A stretch of 63,541 bases of DNA, counting the filler. It is 8 parts of 8 records of this genome, joined end to end, with 100 filler letters (N's around TTAATTAATTAA, not from the genome) between each part and the next. Parts side by side here need not be neighbours in the genome. Positions count along the whole stretch, not along the records: positions 46,376 to 54,682 come from SRR31147125_15953; positions 54,783 to 63,541 come from SRR31147125_15957; 6 more parts are not named here. One strand, written 5' to 3'. The notes under the pieces were generated by a model. That model had not been told where the DNA came from. It was given only the letters and a program-made list of their open reading frames with translations, and ran no database searches. The translations under genes were made by a program, and so were the position numbers. Shown here piece by piece: positions 52,168-62,314 of this stretch. Every line of letters starts with the position of its first letter. The first letter of the stretch is position 1.

Positions 52168-53334
52168 ATGAATTACGATATAGCTTACCTTTCGTACAAC
52201 GATAACGACCCCGAATTAAAGAATCGCTCGGAACAAATTCTAAACGATTTTTTCAAGTCCGCGAGTTACACTTTTTCGCCTAACGAGGGACAAGTGCTTT
52301 TTATAGCAAGTGGTGGCTCGGAGCAAAATGCTGAACAACTTACAAAAGAACACCAAAATATTACGCTGCTATGCCACCGCGAAAGTAATTCGTATGCCGC
52401 GGCCATAGAAATTGCAGCCTTTCTACGAGCTCAAAACAAAAGGATTAATTTAATTGATGTTTTTGCGCCGTCGGCTTTTCAAAAATTCGAGGAACTTCAG
52501 AAAGTAAACCGGGCTTTGGAAACACTGGCCAAACAAAAAGCTGCGTTAATTGGCGAAGTTTCCAACTGGCTGATTATTTCGGATGTTGAAAACGAACTGG
52601 CGAAACAGCAACTTGGCATTGAATTAATACGCCTGCCATGGAGCGAATTAGCTGATTATCGTGAACAAGAACCATCGGCTGAGTTTCTTGAATATTTTCC
52701 CGGAGTGAAACCCGATAAACTTCAGGAAACAGCCAAAGTATACACTTTACTGAACGAAGTTATCGAAGAAAATAATCTCACTGCAATTAGTGTTGAATGC
52801 TTTTCGATGGTGGTGCGCGACCGCGTTACAGCGTGTTTGCCATTGGCAGTGATAAACGCAAAAAATAAAGTTGCTGCCTGCGAAGGAGATATTTGCTCGA
52901 TGCTGGGAAAAATGCTGATTCGGGCCATTGCCAACGAAGTTCCGTGGCAAGCCAACATTGCCGAGATAAAAGATGAAAGTATATTATTTGCACACTGTAC
53001 GGCTCCGTTAAATGTGCTAAAATCATTCGATATTACCACGCATTTCGAAACCAATTGCGGCACTGCAATTCGAGGTAAATTCGAAAAACAAAAAGTTGGT
53101 GTATTCCGCATAAATAACAAACTGGATAAATACACTCTTTTGGAAGGCGCAATAGAAAATACACCCGATTACGATTTTGCATGTCGCACACAAATTGAGC
53201 TAAACGTTGAAGCTGCACAGGCTAAGTTACTAAAAGACAAAAGCTTGGGAAATCACCAGTTGATATTTCCGGCAGTACATATTCCGCTTTTAATTCGCAT
53301 GATGGAGGTTTTAGGGATTAACAGGGTTGAATAG
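52168..53334 (+). CDS. L-fucose/L-arabinose isomerase-like protein
   Basis: SGGSE, NS-x-AAA-x-E, CF...TACL, CEGD, AHCT-x-P, CRTQ and GNH. Confidence 0.78.
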   Translation: MNYDIAYLSYNDNDPELKNRSEQILNDFFKSASYTFSPNEGQVLFIASGGSEQNAEQLTKEHQNITLLCHRESNSYAAAIEIAAFLRAQNKRINLIDVFAPSAFQKFEELQKVNRALETLAKQKAALIGEVSNWLIISDVENELAKQQLGIELIRLPWSELADYREQEPSAEFLEYFPGVKPDKLQETAKVYTLLNEVIEENNLTAISVECFSMVVRDRVTACLPLAVINAKNKVAACEGDICSMLGKMLIRAIANEVPWQANIAEIKDESILFAHCTAPLNVLKSFDITTHFETNCGTAIRGKFEKQKVGVFRINNKLDKYTLLEGAIENTPDYDFACRTQIELNVEAAQAKLLKDKSLGNHQLIFPAVHIPLLIRMMEVLGINRVE

Positions 53335-54445
53335 TAATCGTATAAATATTTACTGAATTTTGCTTGCCTGACAAGTGAGCCGTATCCACAAACTCAGGTC
53401 GAACTGTGGGATTTTCCTTTTGAAAACTATAAGCAAATTCTGATGTAACCAGCAATTGTTTTTCCAGGTTTTTACATTGTTTCTGAATGCGCGCTGCGGT
53501 ATTTAACACATCACCATGAAAGGCAATTTCACTTTTTATGACCCCAACTTCTGCAACCATAATATTCCCTGAATTTATTGAACCCGTAAAACAAGGAACC
53601 AACCCAAACTTCTCGTGGAAACAGGAGGCTTTTTCATCTAAAATGGCCATGTATTCGTAAAAAAATTGCACAGCAAAAAGATAATTTTTCTTTTTTGCCG
53701 GCCAGGTTAAAACCACCTCGTCGCCCACAAACTGATATTGCATGGCACGGTATTTTATTTCCAAAATTCCGAGGTACTTAAAACATTCCTGAATGAACAA
53801 ACTGTATTTTTCGTGTCCCAACTGTTCAGCATATTTTGTCGATGAAACCAGGTCGACAAATAAAAATATTCGGTTTTCTTCTTTTGGAGAGCGATAATCC
53901 CCAATTATATAATTCCAAAACTTTTCGAGTCCAACTTTCTGCTGTATAATCTTAAAGAAGTTAATAACTGAAGCTATCATTATCGCCACAATAAAAAGAT
54001 AGGCACTGGTTCGGTTCAAACAAAAATCTTTCAACAGGTGAAAGTATTCCGACAAATCGGTGGTAAAGGTTGTACTATAATGGAACACAGAAACAACTAT
54101 AAAAGTAGAAACGAGCATTGCAATTACAAATAGCAACCTGAGTATATATAATCCAAAAACACTTCTTTTAAACAAAAAACTCTGGAAAATAACATCCTCG
54201 AGCAACCAACTACTGAATGCCACAAAAGAAATTAATCCGGTTTGCAAGCACTGATTTTGACCAAAAACCTGAAAAAATCTTGCTCCGGAATAGAAAAAAT
54301 CAGGATTAAGAAAGAGGTTCAACCATATCATTAAGCGCACAAGAATATTCCAACTTAACAGGTTGTATAACAATTGCCGTAGCGACCACAGCGCACGAAC
54401 CTTCCAGTTGTTTGCCTCGAATTTTATGACATTCTTATACGCCAT
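53318..54445 (-). CDS. Membrane-bound class III adenylate/guanylate cyclase
   Basis: N-terminal TM helices; FVDLVSST, FVGDE and FHGDVLNTAARIQ. Confidence 0.9.
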   Translation of the reverse strand: MAYKNVIKFEANNWKVRALWSLRQLLYNLLSWNILVRLMIWLNLFLNPDFFYSGARFFQVFGQNQCLQTGLISFVAFSSWLLEDVIFQSFLFKRSVFGLYILRLLFVIAMLVSTFIVVSVFHYSTTFTTDLSEYFHLLKDFCLNRTSAYLFIVAIMIASVINFFKIIQQKVGLEKFWNYIIGDYRSPKEENRIFLFVDLVSSTKYAEQLGHEKYSLFIQECFKYLGILEIKYRAMQYQFVGDEVVLTWPAKKKNYLFAVQFFYEYMAILDEKASCFHEKFGLVPCFTGSINSGNIMVAEVGVIKSEIAFHGDVLNTAARIQKQCKNLEKQLLVTSEFAYSFQKENPTVRPEFVDTAHLSGKQNSVNIYTITIQPC

Positions 54446-54446
54446 T

Positions 54447-54626
54447 TCAATTCTCCATCGAATTCAGAAAACTCACCAATGCTGTAATATCTTCTTTCGA
54501 AGAGAATAAATATTCATCGCCTTTTTTTAATGTACAAAGGTTATGGTACAATAGGCTTTGTTTTTGCGGGCTGCATTCGTTGAGTTGCAATACAGCTTCG
54601 TTGAATCGCTCTTTTTGGATTTCCAT
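54447..54626 (-). CDS. Small hypothetical protein (59 aa) just upstream of the cyclase
   Basis: Hand translation MEIQKERFNEAVLQLNECSPQKQSLLYHNLCTLKKGDEYLFSSKEDITALVSFLNSMEN; its stop is 1 nt before the cyclase ATG. Confidence 0.5.
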   Translation of the reverse strand: MEIQKERFNEAVLQLNECSPQKQSLLYHNLCTLKKGDEYLFSSKEDITALVSFLNSMEN

Positions 54627-54653
54627 AATTATTGATTAAAAATTTAGGTTTGT

Positions 54654-54682
54654 TGTCATTTCGACGAAGAATGAGGAGAAAT
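54654..54682. repeat. Partial REP-like element at the contig end
   Basis: TGTCATTTCGAC...GAGGAGAAAT, resembling Bacteroidota GTCATTTCGA-type repeats; cut off by the spacer. Confidence 0.45.
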
Positions 54683-54782
54683 NNNNNNNNNNNNNNNNNN
54701 NNNNNNNNNNNNNNNNNNNNNNNNNNTTAATTAATTAANNNNNNNNNNNNNNNNNNNNNNNNNNNNNNNNNNNNNNNNNNNN
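54683..54782. other. Artificial contig-joining spacer
   Basis: N-run with TTAATTAATTAA. Confidence 0.97.
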
Positions 54783-54783
54783 T

Positions 54784-57501
54784 AAGATCAGAAACAATCA
54801 GATCACTGGTCAACTGCCAATTTCAGATGTTTTAAACGCAAGAAATGCAAGTAATTTAATGATGCAGCAAAAAGCTGCTGCTTCTAATTACGGTTGGACA
54901 ACTATGGGACCAAACAATATGGCTGGCCCATCCAAAGCAGTTATCTTCGATAATAGAGATGCTACAAGTAATACACTATATGCTGGTAGCAATAATGGAG
55001 GAATCTGGAAAAGTACAAATTATGCTGCAACCTGGAGCAAAGTCGAAATGGATAATGTTTTAAACGTATCCACCATTGCTCAAGCAGACGACGGAACCAT
55101 TTATGTTGGAACCGGTGTAAGTTTAGAACCAGCTGCAGATAAAATTTCTGAAGGTAGTACCATTGGAAAAGGTATTTGGAAATCAAGTGGTGATAGCTTT
55201 GTTTTAATGGAAGGAACTGCTCCTTCTGGCTTAGATGCTTCTGAAGAATGGGCGTTTATTCAAAAAGTCGCTACAGATGGAACAAGCGTATTTGCTGCAA
55301 CAAATACTGGTTTAAAATATTTCGATGGCACAGCTTGGTCTTATGCTAAAGCAAATGATGTTGATTTAATTGGAAAATCTTGTGATGTTGTAATAGAAGA
55401 TGGTATTATCATAGCTGCAGTTGCTGGAAATACATATATTTCTACAGGTTCATCATCAGAATTTGCTCTTAAATCCGGAGAAGAAGAAGGAATGTTACCA
55501 ACAGGTGAGTTTGGCAATATTAAATTTGCAATTTCTGAATCTAATTCAGATTATATCTACGCTTCTTATGTTGATACAGAAGGTGCATTATATAATGTAT
55601 ATGTTTCTACTGACAAAGGAAATACCTGGAGAGTTGTTTATCCTGGTGGATCTTCTCTTGAAGATATTTATAATGGCGAAGGTTTAAGAAACAATTCTAT
55701 TACAGTTCATCCATCAAATGAGAAATCTGTTTATTTAGGTGCATACAATGTATTTGTAGGATACGAAGCTCAATCTACTGGTTATTATAACTGGACACAG
55801 CTAAGTAATGGAAATTTTGATCCATATCCATCAATGGGAACCTCAACTTATATTCACTTTGGAATTAACTCTATTGTTTTTAACCCAACTACAGCTGGTC
55901 ATGCAATTACATGTAGTGACGGTGGGTTAACTATAACTAAAGACAACTTCGAAAGTCAGCAAATTGTAAACAGAGGATTTGTTACTACTGAATTCTATAC
56001 AGTAAATGCTTCTAAAGCAGGCGACCTTATCGCAGGCGCTCAATTTAATGGAATACAAGGTATTTATGATAATGGATCAAATCAAGCATTTGAATTACTA
56101 CAAAATTTATATGGTGGACCTAGTGCTTTAACTGGTGGCCACGCTCATGTTAGTTATATTAACCCAGAATTTATAGTAGCATCTGCAACAGATGGTACTT
56201 TCTGGAGATCTGAAGATTTAGGAGAAAATGTATCTTATGATATTCTTGAAAATGTAACTATTGGTAGTGAATTCATCACTCCTTTTGCAATTTGGGAAGA
56301 CAATAATCTAGAATATAAATATGATACTGCTGAATTTAGTGCATATAGAGATTACGAAGCTGGTTCTGAAATTTGGGTGGCTTCTAATAGCTATGATTTT
56401 CCTTTCAAAGTAACTTTAGAAACAAAATTAGACTCTGCGGAAAGCAGAATGTTTATGGATGAAGTTGGTTCAAGAGCATTTATTGCTGTTGAAGGTGAAG
56501 CAGGAAAAAATGATTTCGAAGGTGGTGTTTATATGACATTAGGTATTTTAGATTTTACAGCATCCCCTACTTGGTGGCAAATTGGTGCTGTTGAAGGTAT
56601 TCCAACATGTTTAGACTACTCCTCAGATGTTAATTATGTTTGGGTTGGAACTATGGAAGGTAAACTTTACAGATTATCTAATGTAGCTCGAGCAACTAAT
56701 GAAGAGAAAGCAGATATTAATAGCCCTGGATGTATTATTGCAATCACAGAAGTTGATTTAGGCATTTCTCAAGCAATTACATCTGTAGCCATAGATCCTG
56801 ATAACTCTAATAATGTATTAGTTACTTTCGGAAACTACGGTAACGATGAGTATGTAATGATTACAAAAGATGGTCAGAGTGACGATCCAATGTTCAATAG
56901 TATTCAAGGAAACCTTCCAAAAATGCCCGTTTATTCTTCTACTTTCGTACTAAACTCAGATGTAGCATTTATAGGTACCGAAAATGGATTGTTCTACACT
57001 ACTGATGTATCAGCAGACAATGTTGAATGGAACTACGAAGATGCAGCATTTGGAAATGTGCCTGTTTTTGCTCTTAAGCAACAAGATAATAACTGGCCAT
57101 CAATTACCTATACAATTGGCGAAACAGTGTATTCTTACCCAGGAGCTACCAACTATGGAGCTGTTTATGTGGGAACATTTGGAAATGGAGCATATGTAAG
57201 TAGAGACTTTGTTGGATTTGATGAGTTTGAAAACAAACCAGAAAGTGTTAGCAATTTAAGCGTTTATCCAAACCCAGCATTTGATCATATCAAATTATCA
57301 TTAAATGCTAATTATAGTGGTTCGGTTTCAATTGAGATATTCGACCTATCGGGAAAATTAGTATTGTCTGCACAAGAAAATGTTAGACAAGGAAATAACA
57401 TTATCCCTATGGATACTTATCAAATTGAAAACGGTTCTTACATTGTTAGAGTTAATAATGGAGAACAAGTAGCTCAAACAAAACTGATCATTTCAAAATA
57501 G
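54784..57501 (+). CDS. T9SS-secreted BNR/Asp-box (sortilin/GH74-like) beta-propeller protein, 5'-truncated
   Basis: W-x3-GP-x-N-x-x-G, GGIWKS-x6-W, STDKGNTW, SEDLGE and GTFGNG; CTD VYPNP...IFDLSGK...G-x-YIV...KLII. Confidence 0.85.
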   Translation, partial: KIRNNQITGQLPISDVLNARNASNLMMQQKAAASNYGWTTMGPNNMAGPSKAVIFDNRDATSNTLYAGSNNGGIWKSTNYAATWSKVEMDNVLNVSTIAQADDGTIYVGTGVSLEPAADKISEGSTIGKGIWKSSGDSFVLMEGTAPSGLDASEEWAFIQKVATDGTSVFAATNTGLKYFDGTAWSYAKANDVDLIGKSCDVVIEDGIIIAAVAGNTYISTGSSSEFALKSGEEEGMLPTGEFGNIKFAISESNSDYIYASYVDTEGALYNVYVSTDKGNTWRVVYPGGSSLEDIYNGEGLRNNSITVHPSNEKSVYLGAYNVFVGYEAQSTGYYNWTQLSNGNFDPYPSMGTSTYIHFGINSIVFNPTTAGHAITCSDGGLTITKDNFESQQIVNRGFVTTEFYTVNASKAGDLIAGAQFNGIQGIYDNGSNQAFELLQNLYGGPSALTGGHAHVSYINPEFIVASATDGTFWRSEDLGENVSYDILENVTIGSEFITPFAIWEDNNLEYKYDTAEFSAYRDYEAGSEIWVASNSYDFPFKVTLETKLDSAESRMFMDEVGSRAFIAVEGEAGKNDFEGGVYMTLGILDFTASPTWWQIGAVEGIPTCLDYSSDVNYVWVGTMEGKLYRLSNVARATNEEKADINSPGCIIAITEVDLGISQAITSVAIDPDNSNNVLVTFGNYGNDEYVMITKDGQSDDPMFNSIQGNLPKMPVYSSTFVLNSDVAFIGTENGLFYTTDVSADNVEWNYEDAAFGNVPVFALKQQDNNWPSITYTIGETVYSYPGATNYGAVYVGTFGNGAYVSRDFVGFDEFENKPESVSNLSVYPNPAFDHIKLSLNANYSGSVSIEIFDLSGKLVLSAQENVRQGNNIIPMDTYQIENGSYIVRVNNGEQVAQTKLIISK

Positions 57502-57522
57502 AGAATAATAAAAAACAATATA

Positions 57523-59040
57523 ATGATGAAGAAATTTTACGGAATAGTTGTTTTGATGCTGATAGTGCAAATTTCATTTGCTCAAAAAATATCAGATCCT
57601 CAATTAATAGCTCCTGAAAATGAAATGGTAAATGTAATGCCAAACGCAACATTGGATTGGAGTGCAGTTTCAGGTGTTGGAGAAATCACGTATCATCTTC
57701 AAGTAGCAACAGATGCAGCTTTTAGCGATTTAATCGTTGATACCGATGGTATTGATATTACTGCTTATTATAATGAAAATTTAATCTTTGGACTAGAATA
57801 TTTCTGGAGAGTAAAGGCTAAAGAAGTAAATGATAACGGAACCTTTGAATCTAATTGGTCAGAAACATTTTCATATACCGTATTTTCAACAGTTGAATTA
57901 AAAAATCCTGATGATGATGAGGAAGCTTTAAGACCAACTTTCCAGTGGGAAGACGAAATTGACGATGTTGTAATTGAAGGAGTAGATCATTTTAAAATTG
58001 AAATTGATTCTACTGAAGATTTTAATAGTCCTCTTTTAATTTCAGAAGTTATTCCTGCCGAGATTGATAAATATTATGAATATATTTCAGATTATCTTCA
58101 ATTCGGGACTGTATATTTTTGGAGAGTGAAGCCTTATAGCGTAACTAGTGAAGGAGAATTTGATGAAGTTTTCGAATTCGAAACTCTTTTTACAGTTGAA
58201 TTAGATGAACCAGGAGAAGGTGACGATAAAATTGAATTTGATATTTTGTTTGAATGGACTGATCTTGTTGAAAATGACGAAGAACCTAATATAGATTTAT
58301 TTGACTATACAATGGAACTTAGTACAGACGATGCTTTCACAGACCCTATTACCTATGTTGTAGATTCTAATACAATTACTTCTAACATATTAAAATTTGG
58401 AACAGAGTATTTCTGGAGAGTAAAAGCATCTCACGTAAACGGATCTTCAATGTGGTCAGAGGTTTTTGATTTCAAGACTGTTGAAGAAGTTGTGCTTGAC
58501 GCACCTGATGATGGTTCTTTCTTAGTTGATCCTAGACCAACACTAGAATGGGAAGCATTAGCAGAAGTTGATGGTTATCAAATTGCTTTAAGTACAAATG
58601 CAGACTTATCTGATCCTACTTATTACTTAGTAGAAAATGCAAGTACAGAAAAATATCCTTTAACAGAATTAGATCCTGGATATGATTATTATTGGTCTAT
58701 CAGATCTTATAATGGAACCGATACAACTGTATGGGCTGAGCCATTCACATTTTATGTATCTGCTGATGGAGTAAATAGCTTGAGCCATATTAATAATATG
58801 AGCCTATATCCTTCTCCAGCTACCGATAATGTAACTATGGCATTCAATGTAAAACAATCTACTCAAATTACATGGATCATAACTGATGTATTAGGACAAA
58901 ATATTACTGAAGAAACATTAACAGTTTCAACAGGATTATTTACTAAAGACATTAATGTTGCTGATTTTAATAATGGAATTTATTTCCTGGAAATCAGACA
59001 AGGTGAAGAAAAAAGCGTAATGAAATTTATGGTTGAATAA
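57523..59040 (+). CDS. T9SS-secreted acidic protein with four FN3/Ig-like repeats
   Basis: Four repeats ending Y(F/Y)W(R/S)(V/I)(K/R); CTD LYPSPA...DVLGQ...GIYFL...KF. Confidence 0.85.
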   Translation: MMKKFYGIVVLMLIVQISFAQKISDPQLIAPENEMVNVMPNATLDWSAVSGVGEITYHLQVATDAAFSDLIVDTDGIDITAYYNENLIFGLEYFWRVKAKEVNDNGTFESNWSETFSYTVFSTVELKNPDDDEEALRPTFQWEDEIDDVVIEGVDHFKIEIDSTEDFNSPLLISEVIPAEIDKYYEYISDYLQFGTVYFWRVKPYSVTSEGEFDEVFEFETLFTVELDEPGEGDDKIEFDILFEWTDLVENDEEPNIDLFDYTMELSTDDAFTDPITYVVDSNTITSNILKFGTEYFWRVKASHVNGSSMWSEVFDFKTVEEVVLDAPDDGSFLVDPRPTLEWEALAEVDGYQIALSTNADLSDPTYYLVENASTEKYPLTELDPGYDYYWSIRSYNGTDTTVWAEPFTFYVSADGVNSLSHINNMSLYPSPATDNVTMAFNVKQSTQITWIITDVLGQNITEETLTVSTGLFTKDINVADFNNGIYFLEIRQGEEKSVMKFMVE

Positions 59041-59062
59041 CCAATCATCATATAAAGCTTAT

Positions 59063-59095
59063 AAAAGCCATTCGATATTTCGGATGGCTTTTTTT
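59063..59095 (+). terminator. Intrinsic terminator
   Basis: AAAAGCCATTCGA-TATT-TCGGATGGCTTTT followed by T residues. Confidence 0.75.
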
Positions 59096-59209
59096 ATACG
59101 ATTATTTTTATTTCTTCGTTTATCAACAAAACGATGTTATCATTTAAGGAAAGTTGATAAAACAACACCTCTATTTCTTGGTAATTTAGCACTATCAAAT
59201 ATAATGTCC

Positions 59210-62200
59210 ATGCAAAAGAGATTCATTTTTAGCCTATTTACAATCTTGTTTTTTGTAGCACTTCTACAACCAGCAAAATCGCAATTACCAGCATCCTATA
59301 ATGAAATAGAAAATGAGCTGATGCTTCTTAATGATATGATTGAGAACAACAGGCATATGGCTGCTCAAACACTTATCAATCAACTTCAACAGGAAGATAT
59401 AAGTGATGCCGAAAAAGCCAATCTCGATTACTATCAATGTCTTCTTTCTTTAAGAATGGATTTAAGAGAAGGTCCGGGTTTAGTAAAAAGATTTGAAACA
59501 AATAACCCTCAGCATAGCAAACTGGAAACTCTTAAAAAAGAAAAAGGAGATTACTATTTCAAACATAAGAAGTTTAAAAATGCAGTTAAAGAATACGAAC
59601 AGGTAAAATCATCAAATCTATCTCAAGAGGATCGGTTAACCTATTTCTTTAAACTTGGATATAGCTATTTTGAAACTGATAAACCTGAAAAAGCTAAAAA
59701 ACATTTTTACAAGGTTAAAGACTCGAAATCTTCTTATGCTGCTTCAGCTACTTATTACTATTCACATATTAATTATGACGAAAGAAACTTTGCTACAGCC
59801 ATCAAAGGATTTAATGAACTCATAGACCATCCTTCATTTAAAGCTATTGTTCCTTATTACATAAGCCAAATATATTACCAGGAAGAGAATTACGAAAAAC
59901 TATTAAATACCGCTCCTCAACTCTTTGAGGAAGCCAAAGGACCAAGAAAAAACGAAATAGCTAAATTAGTGGGTGATGCCAATTTCAAGTTAGAAAAGTA
60001 CCAAGAGTCTATAGAGTATTTGGAGTATTATAAAACCAATTCCCGATCTGGTTATGAAAAATCAGACTACTACCAGTTGGCTTATGCCTATATGATGGTT
60101 GAAGATTATGAAATGGCTATTAAATATTTCGAGAAAGTTAGAAATAAAGAAAATGCATTATCGCAAAACGCACTTTATAATCTGGGAAACTGCTACTTAA
60201 AAACCCATCAAAAGGAATTTGCAGGTAAAGCATTCTATGCTGCTTATCAATTGGATTTCGATCAAAAGATCAAAGAAGATGCCATGTTTAATTTTGCTAA
60301 AATTTCTTACGAATTAAGCAACGATCCCTTTAATAGAGCTATTTCTGCCATTAACACTTACTTGGAAAACTATCCAGACTCGCCTCGCAAATCAGAAGCC
60401 TATGGATATCTCGTTAACTTATTCCTTTCTTCTAAAAACTATAAAGGAGCCCTCCTCTCCTTAGAAAATATACCCGATAGAAATACTGATTTAGATAAAG
60501 CCTATCAAAAAATAGCCTACAACAGAGCCTGCGAATTATACGATGAAAACAGATTTGGAGAAGCCTTGGAATTATTTGAAAAATCCATGAAATATCCACA
60601 CGATAAAACCATGAATCTGGAAGCAAAATACTGGGCGGCCGATTGTTTTTATCAAACCAAAAGGTATTTCGACGCTATTATTTATTGGAAAGAATTGGCA
60701 TCTGATTATAGAATTAAAAACCTAAAGGAAGCCAAAAACATCAACTACAATATTGCTTTTAGCTATTATATGGTTGACAATTATAGCGACGCTATTACCT
60801 ATTTCGATAAGGTGAACCAACAGTTAGACGCTCCTCAAAAACTAGTTTCCGATGCTTATTTAAGAAGTGGCGATTGCTATTATATTATGAAAAACTTCTC
60901 TAAAGCAGTTCAATTCTATGGCGATGCCTTATCAATGAAACAACCCAATGCAGATTATGCCATGTATCAGAGAGCTCTGGCTTATGGTGGCATGGGAAAT
61001 TTAAACAAAAAAGCAGAAGAGTTAAATAGGTTTCAAATAGAATTTCCGAAATCTAAACTAGCAGATGATGCCTTATTTGAATTGGGAACAACCTATCTTA
61101 TTTTCGAACAAAACCAACAAGCAATCAATAGCTTCACTAAACTGGTAGATAACTATCCCAATAGCCCATTTAAGAAACAATCTTTATTAAAAATTGGTCT
61201 TACCTATTATAATATGGACCAAAACGAGAACTCTTTGAAAATTCTTAAAACTGTTGTTCAAAATTATTCCGGAACCAAGGAATCAAAAGAAGCATTGGTA
61301 AGTATTCGAAATATTTATGTAGAATCTAATGCCGCAGAGGATTTCTTCGTTTATGTAAAGAACATTCCTTTTGCCAATATCAGCAATAGCGAACAAGACA
61401 GCATAAGCTATATGGCCACAGAAAATGTTTATATGAATGGGAATTGCGACGAAGCTGTTCCGGGTTTCAATAAATATCTGAGCCAATATCCCGAAGGTGC
61501 TTTTAGTATTAATGCGCATTTTTATAGAGGAGAATGCTTAATGAAGAATAACGAATTTGATCTGGCCCTTATGGATTATCAATTTGTATTAAGCAATTCG
61601 CAAGCCGCTTTTAGAGAGTCTTCTTTAATGAAATCGGCGAGAATATATAAATTCAAGAAACAGTATAAAGAAGCCACTCAGAAACTACCAGGAGCTATTC
61701 TCTCTGGCATCTAATGAAATGTATATCTCCGAAAGCCTGGATGGCCAGCTGGAATGCTACCATCGTTTAGGAGAAGCCGATAGTGTTTTAATGATTGGTA
61801 AAACCATCTTAACCTCTAAATCGGTTCCAGAGCCAACCATTAAAAAAGCACATGCTTATATGGCCAATGCTGCGTTACAAACAGGCGATTTACAACTGGC
61901 CAATCAGGAATACACCATAGTATCGAAGTTAATGAAAGGAGAAACCGCCGCAGAAGCTAAATACCAACAGGCTTATATACAATTCAAATTAGGAAACTAT
62001 AAGGAATCGGAAAAGCTGGTATTTGAATTGATCAACGAATTTGGCTCCTACGACGAATGGATCACCAAAGGATTTATTCTTCTGGCAGATATTTATGTGA
62101 AATACGATAATACCTTCCAGGCAAAGCAAACCTTGCAAAGTATTATCGATCATCAGGAGGATTCTACATTGGTAAATATAGCTCTAAAGAAGAAAAGATT

Positions 62201-62287
62201 ATTGAGGAATTGGAAGCTATTGAAGAACAAGTAAACGAGCAACCTCAGGAAGCCGACAGTGTAATTTTAGACGATATAGAGAAGTAA
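59210..62287 (+). CDS. Large periplasmic TPR-repeat protein; frameshifts at ~61685 and ~62193
   Basis: Signal peptide and continuous TPR repeats across ORFs ending at 61714 and 62234. A final shift gives an acidic tail ending TAA at 62285-62287. Confidence 0.82.
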
Positions 62288-62314
62288 ATATTTGACCATT
62301 GAAATAAAAGAAAC

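Noticed and set aside
6031-54782. Seven recurring TTAATTAATTAA motifs inside N-runs, as a repeat family or array
   Set aside because: They are identical 100-nt synthetic linkers. Genes are cut at each one, so no linkage across them is meaningful.
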